From positions 93,874-157,873 of the forward strand of contig JANWHE010000016.1 in the NCBI GenBank assembly GCA_025450575.1: a DNA stretch of 64,000 nucleotides, given 5' to 3'. This DNA comes from Candidatus Saccharimonadales bacterium (GTDB lineage: Bacteria; Patescibacteriota; Saccharimonadia; Saccharimonadales; UBA10212). The number at the start of each line of letters is the position of its first letter. Positions within the stretch are counted from its first letter, which is position 1. The translations under genes and the position numbers were made by a program. The notes below the pieces were generated by a model that worked only from the letters and a program-made list of their open reading frames with translations, made no database searches and was not told the DNA's origin. Below are positions 9,335-17,073 of this stretch, piece by piece.

Positions 9335-9455
9335 CAATGCCTGCGCCCCGCCCACTGGGAAAACCGCGCCTCTCTACTCCTAGGCATGTGATTCGGATCA
9401 CATCGTACTCTATGCTAAAAGCCCACAATCAGATGATTACCATACTAAAACGCAA

Positions 9456-10832
9456 ATGACTAAACACCCCTTAAAGTCCGGCCTGCAATCGTTGATGATC
9501 AGTGACGTGCCGGCTTATGCTAACAAGTTCTTCTACTCTCTTGGCTTCTTATCGATGACCTCATTTATGCTGCTGCTGGTTAGCGGCGTCATAATGGCCG
9601 TATTCGGTCCGGACTGGTGGCTGACCAGCTCGCCGGGTAGGTATCTGCGCAGTGTTCATCTGTGGGCTACTCAAGCATTCGTACTATTCATAATCCTCCA
9701 TCTGCTTATCGTCTTTTTAACTTCGGGGTTTAAAAAACCGCGCCGGCTGACTTGGGTCATCGGGGTTTTTATGTTCTTGTTCGTCCTGATGGAGGCGGAG
9801 TTCGGCTACGTACTGCGCGGTGACTACTCCAGCCAGTGGCGGGCGCTCCAGGGGGCCGACCTATATAACGGCACCGGTCTGGGATATTGGCTGCACAACA
9901 TAAACTACCGGCAGATATTCGGTCTGCACGTGGTAGTTATCCCGGCGGTTATAATCGGGCTGTTGTTCTTCCACTATCTGTTAGTCAGAGTTCTGGGCAT
10001 AGCCAAACCGCACCGCAAAGACGTGCATGTACCGACCGTCAAAGCCAACCATACCGTCCTATTCGTGCGCGGCGGCGCGCTTATAGCGTTAATTTTAGGC
10101 CTGGCGGCGTTCTTACCTTCGCCCTACATAAAACCCGATACCGCCCAAAGCATCGCCCAGTCCGATCCCAAAATCATCGCCCAGACCCTTGTAAAGGAAT
10201 TCGACCACTCATCCGACACCGCCACCTATATGGACAGTATTAATCCGTACAATTTCGATACCAGGAAGGTGTACATAAATGACCCTTACGCCCAGTACGT
10301 GGTGCTGACGCGGTCGCCGGATATGCTAAGCCGCTTCAACGCCCTGCCGCCGGCGGTCCAGCAGGCCCAGACCCAGGCCGCCGCCGACTTCTTCGACAAT
10401 TCCTATCCGGCCCAGCGGCCGGGCTCCGCTAATCCTCTGGAAAGCGTGGTGGTGTCTCTCACGGATATGGCGGCCGCTGGATTGTACGAACCGGCCCTTG
10501 ATTCCGCGCCGTCCGGAGGCGACCAATCCACTTATTCACTGCGCTTTTTGGCGGATACCGGGGTATTGGAAGATAACGCTACTTCACTCGGCATAACCAC
10601 CGACCAATACGGCATGCTGCGCGAAGAAAAAGGAACTATACCGCCCGGCGCGTGGTGGCTGGCGCCAATTGGACTGATGAACCATACCATTCTTGCCAAC
10701 GACGATAATGGCGACCGCGACGGCGCCATCATTTTGGGCTGTTTTCTGCTGCTGCTTATGGCTTTCCCGTTCATACCGGGGCTTAACCGCCTCCCGGAAT
10801 GGCTGAAAGTCTACAAACTTATCTGGCGGTGA
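9456..10832 (+). CDS. cytochrome b6/b N-terminal-domain protein with long C-terminal extension
   Basis: 458-aa ORF. It matches cytochrome b6 as I recall it: LRSVHLWATQ...ILHLL, GFKKPRRLTWVIGV (b6 has GFKKPRELTWVTGV) and FGLHVVVIP...FFHYLL. The His pairs H68/H82 and H158/H173 are spaced 14 and 15 residues apart, the b6-type spacing. Confidence 0.78.
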   Translation: MTKHPLKSGLQSLMISDVPAYANKFFYSLGFLSMTSFMLLLVSGVIMAVFGPDWWLTSSPGRYLRSVHLWATQAFVLFIILHLLIVFLTSGFKKPRRLTWVIGVFMFLFVLMEAEFGYVLRGDYSSQWRALQGADLYNGTGLGYWLHNINYRQIFGLHVVVIPAVIIGLLFFHYLLVRVLGIAKPHRKDVHVPTVKANHTVLFVRGGALIALILGLAAFLPSPYIKPDTAQSIAQSDPKIIAQTLVKEFDHSSDTATYMDSINPYNFDTRKVYINDPYAQYVVLTRSPDMLSRFNALPPAVQQAQTQAAADFFDNSYPAQRPGSANPLESVVVSLTDMAAAGLYEPALDSAPSGGDQSTYSLRFLADTGVLEDNATSLGITTDQYGMLREEKGTIPPGAWWLAPIGLMNHTILANDDNGDRDGAIILGCFLLLLMAFPFIPGLNRLPEWLKVYKLIWR

Positions 10833-10859
10833 TCCCAACTGGGCTTATAATAGGTACGC

Positions 10860-11180
10860 ATGGGCCATGAGGACGACTTACCGCAGATAATCGGCGAGGT
10901 GCCGGGCGACGAGGCTTTGATGTACGAGCCGGCACTTGAATTCTTCCAACGAAGGTCCCAGCCGCACGGCGGCCGCATGGCCGACGGCCACGAACTGGCT
11001 ACTAAGATAGAGGATGACATCGTAGGGTTAGACGACCTCATTATTGAACGTAACGGCGATAACCGCACTTTCACCGCCCGCCACAAAAAAGGCTTAGAAA
11101 TCGTCGCCGTAACCCTTACCGTGGCCGGCGTCCTGGCCGCCACCCACCAAATCCGCACCCGCCGCCGGCATGGCACGTGA
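10860..11180 (+). CDS. small hypothetical protein (uncertain)
   Basis: 106-aa ORF that fills the gap between the cytochrome b-like gene and the cupin gene. It has a C-terminal hydrophobic segment. I prefer it to the overlapping antisense ORF only on composition. Confidence 0.3.
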   Translation: MGHEDDLPQIIGEVPGDEALMYEPALEFFQRRSQPHGGRMADGHELATKIEDDIVGLDDLIIERNGDNRTFTARHKKGLEIVAVTLTVAGVLAATHQIRTRRRHGT

Positions 11181-11240
11181 GCCATGTCACTACCATCCCG
11201 GCCGGTTAGTGCGATGCTAAAGCTGTAACAGGAGACAGCT

Positions 11241-11666
11241 ATGGCATTAGTAAATAACATTACCGGACAAGCAAAGGCCAACGATTATTTCCGGCAAGTA
11301 TTGGCAACCGGCAAGCATACCCAGGTAGTAATTATGAGCATTCCGGCCGGCGACGATATCGGCGAAGAGGTCCACAAGGATAACGACCAGGTCTTATATC
11401 TGATAAGTGGCAGCGGCCAGGTCGTGCTGGATGGTCAAACTTCGGATTTCAATACCGGCGACTTAGTGTTGGTGCCGGCCGGCACCAAACACAACTTCAT
11501 CACAAAAGGCGACCAGCCCATGAAAATAATCACTACTTACTCCCCGCCCCACCACCCTGATGGCACGATCCATAAGTCCAAACAAGACGCCCAAAACGCC
11601 GAGGATAAAGCCAAGAAAATCGCCACCACAGCCGCTATCACCGCTTCCACCTTCCAAGTCCTTTAG
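11241..11666 (+). CDS. cupin domain protein
   Basis: 141-aa ORF with a GGAG RBS. The cupin motifs are present: GEEVHKDNDQVLYLISGSG...GDLVLVPAGTKHNF. Confidence 0.85.
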   Translation: MALVNNITGQAKANDYFRQVLATGKHTQVVIMSIPAGDDIGEEVHKDNDQVLYLISGSGQVVLDGQTSDFNTGDLVLVPAGTKHNFITKGDQPMKIITTYSPPHHPDGTIHKSKQDAQNAEDKAKKIATTAAITASTFQVL

Positions 11667-11679
11667 CTTTTAATAAGCG

Positions 11680-11707
11680 AAGAGGGGCCGTTTTTTCGGC
11701 CCCTCTT
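11680..11707 (+). terminator. stem-loop terminator after the cupin gene
   Basis: Perfect 11-bp stem AAGAGGGGCCG/CGGCCCCTCTT with a TTTTTT loop, 14 nt after the stop. There is no trailing U-tract. Confidence 0.5.
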
Positions 11708-11983
11708 GGTACCCTGCTCCGTCGTCACGAACCAGCGCATTTTTTTTCAGCCATTTTTGTGGATGACTACCAAAATGATAATCCTTACTTACTACAGCTT
11801 CCAGTGATTTCCATCACACCAGAAAATTATTGAATAATCCGCGTCATAAAAAAGGAGCTTGTTTAGGGCTCCTTTCTCCGCAGCTTCCCCACCGAAGCAG
11901 TTCGCTGCTAGCCGCTCTCACGATTGGTTACAAAAATCATAAACCCACCCAGCAATCACGCACAGTGATTTCCCTCACATTTT

Positions 11984-12331
11984 TTAAATTTTTATACCTT
12001 GGACGATTTGTTGCTCACGTATTTTAGCAGCCTCGGCAAGAGCCTTAGCGATCTTTCCTAAATCAGAGTGAATGTATGCGTTAGGGATATGTACAGTTTC
12101 GTACCCTAACTTGTCCGAATAATAGGTGCGAGCCATATCGCTAATAATCTGATGCGGGTTTGTAAGGTGCTGTTTCCCGTCAACTTCAATATTTATTTTG
12201 GCGTCCGGAATAGTTAAGTCTATCTTTTTAAACCCGTCTCTAACTTGAGCCAAGACCCGAAGCCCATGTTCTTCTAATGCTTCTTTCAGCATTTTCTCTT
12301 CAGGGGTGGGCCTTCTTCGCCAGTATTTCAT
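11984..12331 (-). CDS. DUF559 / Vsr-like endonuclease domain protein
   Basis: 115-aa ORF. The pattern IDLTIPDAKINIEVDGKQH...YYSDKLGYETVHI resembles the DUF559 (restriction-endonuclease-like) domain. It lies in a low-G+C stretch. Confidence 0.6.
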   Translation of the reverse strand: MKYWRRRPTPEEKMLKEALEEHGLRVLAQVRDGFKKIDLTIPDAKINIEVDGKQHLTNPHQIISDMARTYYSDKLGYETVHIPNAYIHSDLGKIAKALAEAAKIREQQIVQGIKI

Positions 12332-12389
12332 CTATTTATCATATTAAGTTTGATTTTCATGGGATCAAATTTACTGACGTCTGAACTCC

Positions 12390-12539
12390 CTATGCGAGCG
12401 CTTCTTTGAGTATTATTTCTTCCCGTTCTTTATCATAGTGATAATGGATTATCTCACCATTAATGATTAAACTAATTGCTCTATCTCTTATTCCAAGCGG
12501 AGCAATATTCTCCTCAACTGCATTTAATGTAATTCTCAC
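12390..12539 (-). CDS. possible 49-aa ORF (GTG start) upstream of the DUF559-like gene
   Basis: My own translation is VRITLNAVEENIAPLGIRDRAISLIINGEIIHYHYDKEREEIILKEALA*. It is below the ORF-track cutoff and very A+T-rich, and I see no recognisable RBS. Confidence 0.2.
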   Translation of the reverse strand: MRITLNAVEENIAPLGIRDRAISLIINGEIIHYHYDKEREEIILKEALA

Positions 12540-12583
12540 TTCTAGCTTATTTTACCCCTGTTTCGGGGAATTTTATAGGCCGG

Positions 12584-12931
12584 TTAGAGCTCGGTGTATT
12601 TGGCGTGGGAGCCTTTGGCTTTAGAGACAGGATACTTGGCTTCGTTTTGTTTCATCTTGCTATCAAAAGCTTTGGCTAAATCTATATCCATATCGTGGGC
12701 GATTAAAAGGACCCAGTATAAGACGTCTATCAGCTCGTCGCTGACATCGGTGTGCTTGACTTTGAGATGCTTTTTAACTTCGTCGGACGATTTCCACTGG
12801 AAATGCTCCAGAAATTCGGCGGCTTCTAAAAGCATAGACACCGCCAGGTCCTTGGGATTATGGAACTGTTCCCAATCGCGGGCATCACGGAAGGCCACCA
12901 CCTGTTTTTGCAGATCATCCAAACTAGCCAT
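12584..12931 (-). CDS. MazG-like nucleotide pyrophosphohydrolase
   Basis: 115-aa ORF. The sequence FRDARDWEQFHNPKDLA...LLEAAEFLEHFQW...ELIDVLYWVLLIA is typical of the all-alpha NTP pyrophosphohydrolases (MazG/DCTPP1-like). Confidence 0.85.
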   Translation of the reverse strand: MASLDDLQKQVVAFRDARDWEQFHNPKDLAVSMLLEAAEFLEHFQWKSSDEVKKHLKVKHTDVSDELIDVLYWVLLIAHDMDIDLAKAFDSKMKQNEAKYPVSKAKGSHAKYTEL

Positions 12932-13004
12932 GCACTATCCCTTTCTACCAGAATTATACTTCTGTTTCCGGCAAGAATACAGCCGTCATGCGCGGCAAGC
13001 CGCC

Positions 13005-13694
13005 TTAGCCGGCCGCCGCCAGCAGACCGGTGAGAAACTGGATGTTTTCCGGCTGGCAGCTGAACAGGTAGCGGGCTTCGTCGGTGTAATATCGATGGTT
13101 GCCGACTATTTGGATCTGGTTTGCTAGGAAAGCCAGAAGAACTTCGCCGGTCAGCTGGATTCCCGGATAAGTTTCGGCGAAGAACCGGCGTGCTGACTCC
13201 CAATACTCGGTTTCGGGCAGACCGAATGACGACAGATCGGCATCGGCCATCAGCATGGTAAGATAATCGTCCGGCGAAGCGGATTGCTCTATGCGCTGGT
13301 TAGCAACCGCTTTGACCTTAGTGGCGGCGATGATGTTTTTGACGCGGTCGGTTTCGGCCTGAGGAAAGATGCCTAGCATGTTCATATGCCGGGCGGCCAG
13401 TTCGGCGCTGAGTTCTTCGCTGTCACTTCTTTGGACGTCGTAGACGGCATCGTGATAAGCGGCGGCGATCATCAGCAGATCGTGCTGGGCGCGGTCTATC
13501 CTGCCGGCCGCCATAGCGGCATCGGCCAGCCGGCCGGCCGAGGTTATGACCATCAAAGTGTGTTCCGGCCCATGGTACGGCTTAGGATCGGGGCTGCTGG
13601 GCCCATAATTTCTGGTGGCGGTATCCAAACCTCTGGATATCAAAGCTTTTACGGCAAGCTCGCGCGGGGATTCGGGCCGGTGGGAGGTCTCCAT
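13005..13694 (-). CDS. HD-domain phosphohydrolase-like protein
   Basis: 229-aa ORF with the H...HD signature (YHGPEHTLMV ... AAAYHDAVYD). Confidence 0.6.
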   Translation of the reverse strand: METSHRPESPRELAVKALISRGLDTATRNYGPSSPDPKPYHGPEHTLMVITSAGRLADAAMAAGRIDRAQHDLLMIAAAYHDAVYDVQRSDSEELSAELAARHMNMLGIFPQAETDRVKNIIAATKVKAVANQRIEQSASPDDYLTMLMADADLSSFGLPETEYWESARRFFAETYPGIQLTGEVLLAFLANQIQIVGNHRYYTDEARYLFSCQPENIQFLTGLLAAAG

Positions 13695-13801
13695 TTATAA
13701 TATTTTAACATTTTATCAACACTTTGTCGATTAATAACTCTCGGGATGATCGCCGCCATCCCTTTTTGTAAGGTTTAGAGCATTACGGTTATAATAGAGG
13801 C

Positions 13802-14050
13802 ATGAACCCCGGGCAAAACGACGTGAACCTGCGCTACACCTCGCCAATAGTGGTATCCGACGGCCACGTAGTAGCTATCAGCGACGAAGGCGTGCCCAGC
13901 CTGATGTTTTTCCAGGCCCGCGAACAGCACGAAGGCCATCTGCACGCCGACGTGGTGGCCGCCGTACGCTTAAACAAGATAGACGACCTTAAGGCGCTAG
14001 CCAAAGCCATCAACGACACCATCAAACAACACCAGAGCCGCGAACCTTAG
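13802..14050 (+). CDS. small hypothetical protein (possibly DUF3467-like)
   Basis: 82-aa ORF. The C-terminal pattern VRLNKIDDLKALAKAINDTIKQH is loosely like DUF3467. Confidence 0.4.
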   Translation: MNPGQNDVNLRYTSPIVVSDGHVVAISDEGVPSLMFFQAREQHEGHLHADVVAAVRLNKIDDLKALAKAINDTIKQHQSREP

Positions 14051-14104
14051 GCTATTGCGCTCACGCTTATTTTATGTTGTGAAATTGTTTTAAACTATTG
14101 ACCG

Positions 14105-14448
14105 CCCGTCTTCCCCGGCGATAGTATCAATTTAGGCGCCAGCCATGCCCGCAAGGTATGACTGACAGCTTATGAAATTTGTGAGTCGCAGTAAGTTCCG
14201 ATTCCATAGACAGCCTGCCGTTCTAGACAGCCGGCTTCACTAGGGAGACGAAGGTCTTCTGACGAAACAGTGCGCCGACCGCGGACGTTCCATAAACGAC
14301 CGCGGACAGCGTGCCTTCGCCGGGGCAAAGGAGACAGGTCATACAGCGTCCGGCCGGATGTTACAATTCCGAGAGATATCTAGGAAGTATGGCTGAAAAT
14401 GCAATCGGCGCTTTAAATCCCGCACCTAGGCAGTGCCGGGATTTTTTG
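14105..14448 (+). ncRNA. rnpB: candidate RNase P RNA (reduced type A); ends approximate
   Basis: This is a 470-nt gap with no ORF. GUAAGUUCCGAUUCCAUAGACAG (14191-) resembles the CR-I region GGAAAGUCCGGGCUCCAUAGGGCAG. ACGAAACAGUGCG resembles ACGACCAGUGCA. AUAAACGACCGCGGACAGCGUGCC resembles GUAAACUCCACCCGGAGCAAGGCC. A P4-like long-range pairing joins 14193-14203 to 14403-14413 (10 of 11 positions). The region ends in a hairpin plus T-run at 14415-14447. The E. coli M1 sequence was recalled from memory. Confidence 0.5.
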
Positions 14449-14519
14449 TATATAAGACACCCCGCGACTCTGTTAACTAAGTAACATACCTTTGTGTCCG
14501 TTTAGGCTATATTTATCGG

Positions 14520-15194
14520 GTGGAGGAGACTGAATCCGATTATCTGAAGCAGATTAACCAGCTGTTCGCCAGCGGGCGTTCTAAGACATACCCCAAAAGC
14601 CAGCTGATCCACTACCAGGGTGACCCTTTGACTCAGATATACCTGGTGAAAAGCGGTTTCGTCAAAGCCTATACCATCCTGGAGTCCGGCGATACCCGGA
14701 CCATCCTGCTGCTGGGCGCCGGCGATATCTTTCCACTGGCTTTCGCCTCGACCATGGACTGGAGCGACTACAACATCCACTATTTTTACCAATCGCTGGT
14801 CGATACCGAGCTGGCGGCTCTGCCGGCCAAAGAGCTGATGGAGCATCTGCGCTCCGACCCGGCGGCCATGAACACTTATATGGCCTACTTATCAGCCAGC
14901 AACGAGATAATTATGAACCAGCTGGAAGTGATGAAGAATAAAAAGGCCATCGACAAAGTCTGCCTGCTGCTGCCTTACCTGATATCCAAGTCCGGCAAAC
15001 AGATCAAACCCGATATTTATGAGCTGCAGCTGAAACTATCGCACCAGGAGCTGGCCGACTTATCCGGCGTCACCCGCGAGACTACCACGACGCTTCTCAA
15101 GCAGCTGGAAAACCTCGGCATCATCGACCAAAAGCACGGCAAGTGGCAGGTCAATACCATCGCCCTGAATAAGATGCTGGAGGGTAAGCGCTAA
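14520..15194 (+). CDS. Crp/Fnr family transcriptional regulator
   Basis: 224-aa ORF with a GTG start. It has an N-terminal cNMP-binding-like beta-roll and a C-terminal Crp-type HTH (SHQELADLSGVTRETTTTLLKQLENLGII). Confidence 0.85.
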   Translation: MEETESDYLKQINQLFASGRSKTYPKSQLIHYQGDPLTQIYLVKSGFVKAYTILESGDTRTILLLGAGDIFPLAFASTMDWSDYNIHYFYQSLVDTELAALPAKELMEHLRSDPAAMNTYMAYLSASNEIIMNQLEVMKNKKAIDKVCLLLPYLISKSGKQIKPDIYELQLKLSHQELADLSGVTRETTTTLLKQLENLGIIDQKHGKWQVNTIALNKMLEGKR

Positions 15195-15286
15195 AGGGTT
15201 GTTGTAACAAACTTTACTGTTTCTTGGATATGATGGGGTCATAGTGGGATTCACCGGCTTTTTAGAGAGAAAAATGGAGATTTATA

Positions 15287-15763
15287 ATGGCAGCCGAAGA
15301 TAATCAGGGACTTGATATCATCAGCCCGGTTTTCCGTAACGGGTCGCCTATACCGCCGCAATATACTTGCCGAGGCCAGAACGTCAACCCGCCCTTAAAC
15401 ATCTTTAACGTGCCGGACGGCGCCCAAAGCCTGACGCTTATCATGCACGACCCAGACGCTGTAAGCGGCGACTATCTGCACTGGCTGATGTGGGATATCC
15501 CGCCGGGGACCGATTCGATCCCGGTCAACAGCGTGCCAGTGGGCGCCGTCCAGGGACCAAACGGCGGCGGCTCATCTGGCTATAGCGGCCCCTGCCCGCC
15601 CAAGGGCACCGGCACCCATCATTACGTTTTTGATTTTTACGCCTTGGACACCACGCTGGATCTGCCTAGCGGTTCCGGCATCCAGGATGTTATCAAGGCC
15701 CAGGCCGGCCACGTGCTAGATCATTGCGAGCTGGTCGGATTATTCGCCGCCGAAGAAGATTAA
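15287..15763 (+). CDS. YbhB/YbcL family Raf-kinase-inhibitor-like (PEBP) protein
   Basis: 158-aa ORF with the motifs LIMHDPDA...HWLMWDIP...GPCPP.GTGTHHYVF.FYALD. Confidence 0.88.
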   Translation: MAAEDNQGLDIISPVFRNGSPIPPQYTCRGQNVNPPLNIFNVPDGAQSLTLIMHDPDAVSGDYLHWLMWDIPPGTDSIPVNSVPVGAVQGPNGGGSSGYSGPCPPKGTGTHHYVFDFYALDTTLDLPSGSGIQDVIKAQAGHVLDHCELVGLFAAEED

Positions 15764-16254
15764 TCTACCGGCGCATAGTTGACGTGGCAGGCGCCGTAGC
15801 CGTTCTTTTGGGAGAATTTCTGGTGGTATTCTTCGGCCGGCCACCATTTGCTGGCCGGCTCCAGCGTGGTAACTATCGGTTTTTTGAAATCGCCGGATTC
15901 ATCCAGCTCTTTTATTAAAGTTTGAGCGGCCCGCTTCTGTTCGTCGTCTTTATAAAAAACGGCTGAGCGGTAATTATCACCGACATCCGGGCCCTGGCGG
16001 TTCAGCTGCGTCGGATCGTGCATATGGAAAAATTGTTTCAGAAGAGTTTGGTAGCTGACTTTTGCGGGGTCGTAGACCACTTTCGTGGCTTCGGCGTGGC
16101 CGGTGCCGTGAGCGCTGACCTGTTCGTAAGTGGGGTTATCCAGGTGGCCGCCGATGTAGCCGACTTCCGTCTCCAGTACGCCCGGGACTTGGTCGAAATA
16201 GTCCTGTACTCCCCAGAAACACCCGGCCGCGAATATGGCTTCTTCTCTGCTCAT
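15760..16254 (-). CDS. msrA: peptide-methionine (S)-S-oxide reductase
   Basis: 164-aa ORF with the GCFWGVQDYF active-site motif and a conserved MsrA core. Its 3' end overlaps the convergent PEBP gene by 4 nt. Confidence 0.93.
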   Translation of the reverse strand: MSREEAIFAAGCFWGVQDYFDQVPGVLETEVGYIGGHLDNPTYEQVSAHGTGHAEATKVVYDPAKVSYQTLLKQFFHMHDPTQLNRQGPDVGDNYRSAVFYKDDEQKRAAQTLIKELDESGDFKKPIVTTLEPASKWWPAEEYHQKFSQKNGYGACHVNYAPVD

Positions 16255-16272
16255 ACTCCTATTATATCCCGG

Positions 16273-17073
16273 CTAGCTGGCGAGGTCGCGGCGGCGGAAA
16301 GCCAGCCAGGCGGCCCCCAGGCAGACGGCGGTTAGTCCGGCGAAATAAATCAGATTGGCAAAATTGTACTGTCCGGTCAGCAGCTGCGCCGCATGATAAT
16401 AATTGAACGGGAACGCTTTGGCCGGCCAGCGCAGCCAGCTGACGGAGGGCACCAGCGAAACGATTATGTAGCCACCCAGGCCAAAGGCGGCCGCCGCGGC
16501 TATGCTGGCGGTCCGGCCCACCCGGCCCATAGCCGTCAGCATAAAGGCCACCGCTCCGAAACAAAGAGCTAGGAGCATGCATACGGCCGCTGTCTCGGCG
16601 ACGTATAGCGACGATATATCCAGTTTTACTAACCGGCACATCACCACTACGAAGGCTATCGACACGCCGCCAACGATGACCAGCGCCTCCAGGCCGGCCA
16701 AAGCCTTACCCAGCAGCAGCCGGGCACGGGATATCGGCCGGGCCAGCAGCATTTCTATGGTGTTATCCCTCTCTTCCCTGCCAATCAGCGACATGCCCAG
16801 ATTGATAGCGAAAATAGATAGCAGCAGCGGCAGCAACAGGTAGAATATCTGGCTGCTTAAATAGCCGACCGGCGAAAAGATATTGCTGGTATCGGTGAAT
16901 AGCTGCTTGGCGGTCTGCGGAATTTGATTGAACGATTTATCCAGCTGAGCCGCTTGATCTTTAAGCGTCGGATAAAAAATCAATGTCAAAAAGATAAAGA
17001 AGATAATGCCGGCCGCCCACCAGAAAATCGACCAGCGGCGCTGCCAGAGAGCCCATTTGGCTATCGTCTTCAT
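16273..17073 (-). CDS. ABC-2 type transporter permease
   Basis: 266-aa ORF with six TM helices. It overlaps the upstream ATPase gene by 4 nt (ATGA), suggesting translational coupling. Confidence 0.7.
   Translation of the reverse strand: MKTIAKWALWQRRWSIFWWAAGIIFFIFLTLIFYPTLKDQAAQLDKSFNQIPQTAKQLFTDTSNIFSPVGYLSSQIFYLLLPLLLSIFAINLGMSLIGREERDNTIEMLLARPISRARLLLGKALAGLEALVIVGGVSIAFVVVMCRLVKLDISSLYVAETAAVCMLLALCFGAVAFMLTAMGRVGRTASIAAAAAFGLGGYIIVSLVPSVSWLRWPAKAFPFNYYHAAQLLTGQYNFANLIYFAGLTAVCLGAAWLAFRRRDLAS

Noticed and set aside
10811-11281. 156-aa minus-strand ORF between the cytochrome b-like gene and the cupin gene.
   Set aside because: It overlaps the ends of both flanking genes and has Arg/Trp/Ser/Pro-rich composition. 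The plus-strand ORF 10860-11180 is a slightly better, though still weak, candidate.
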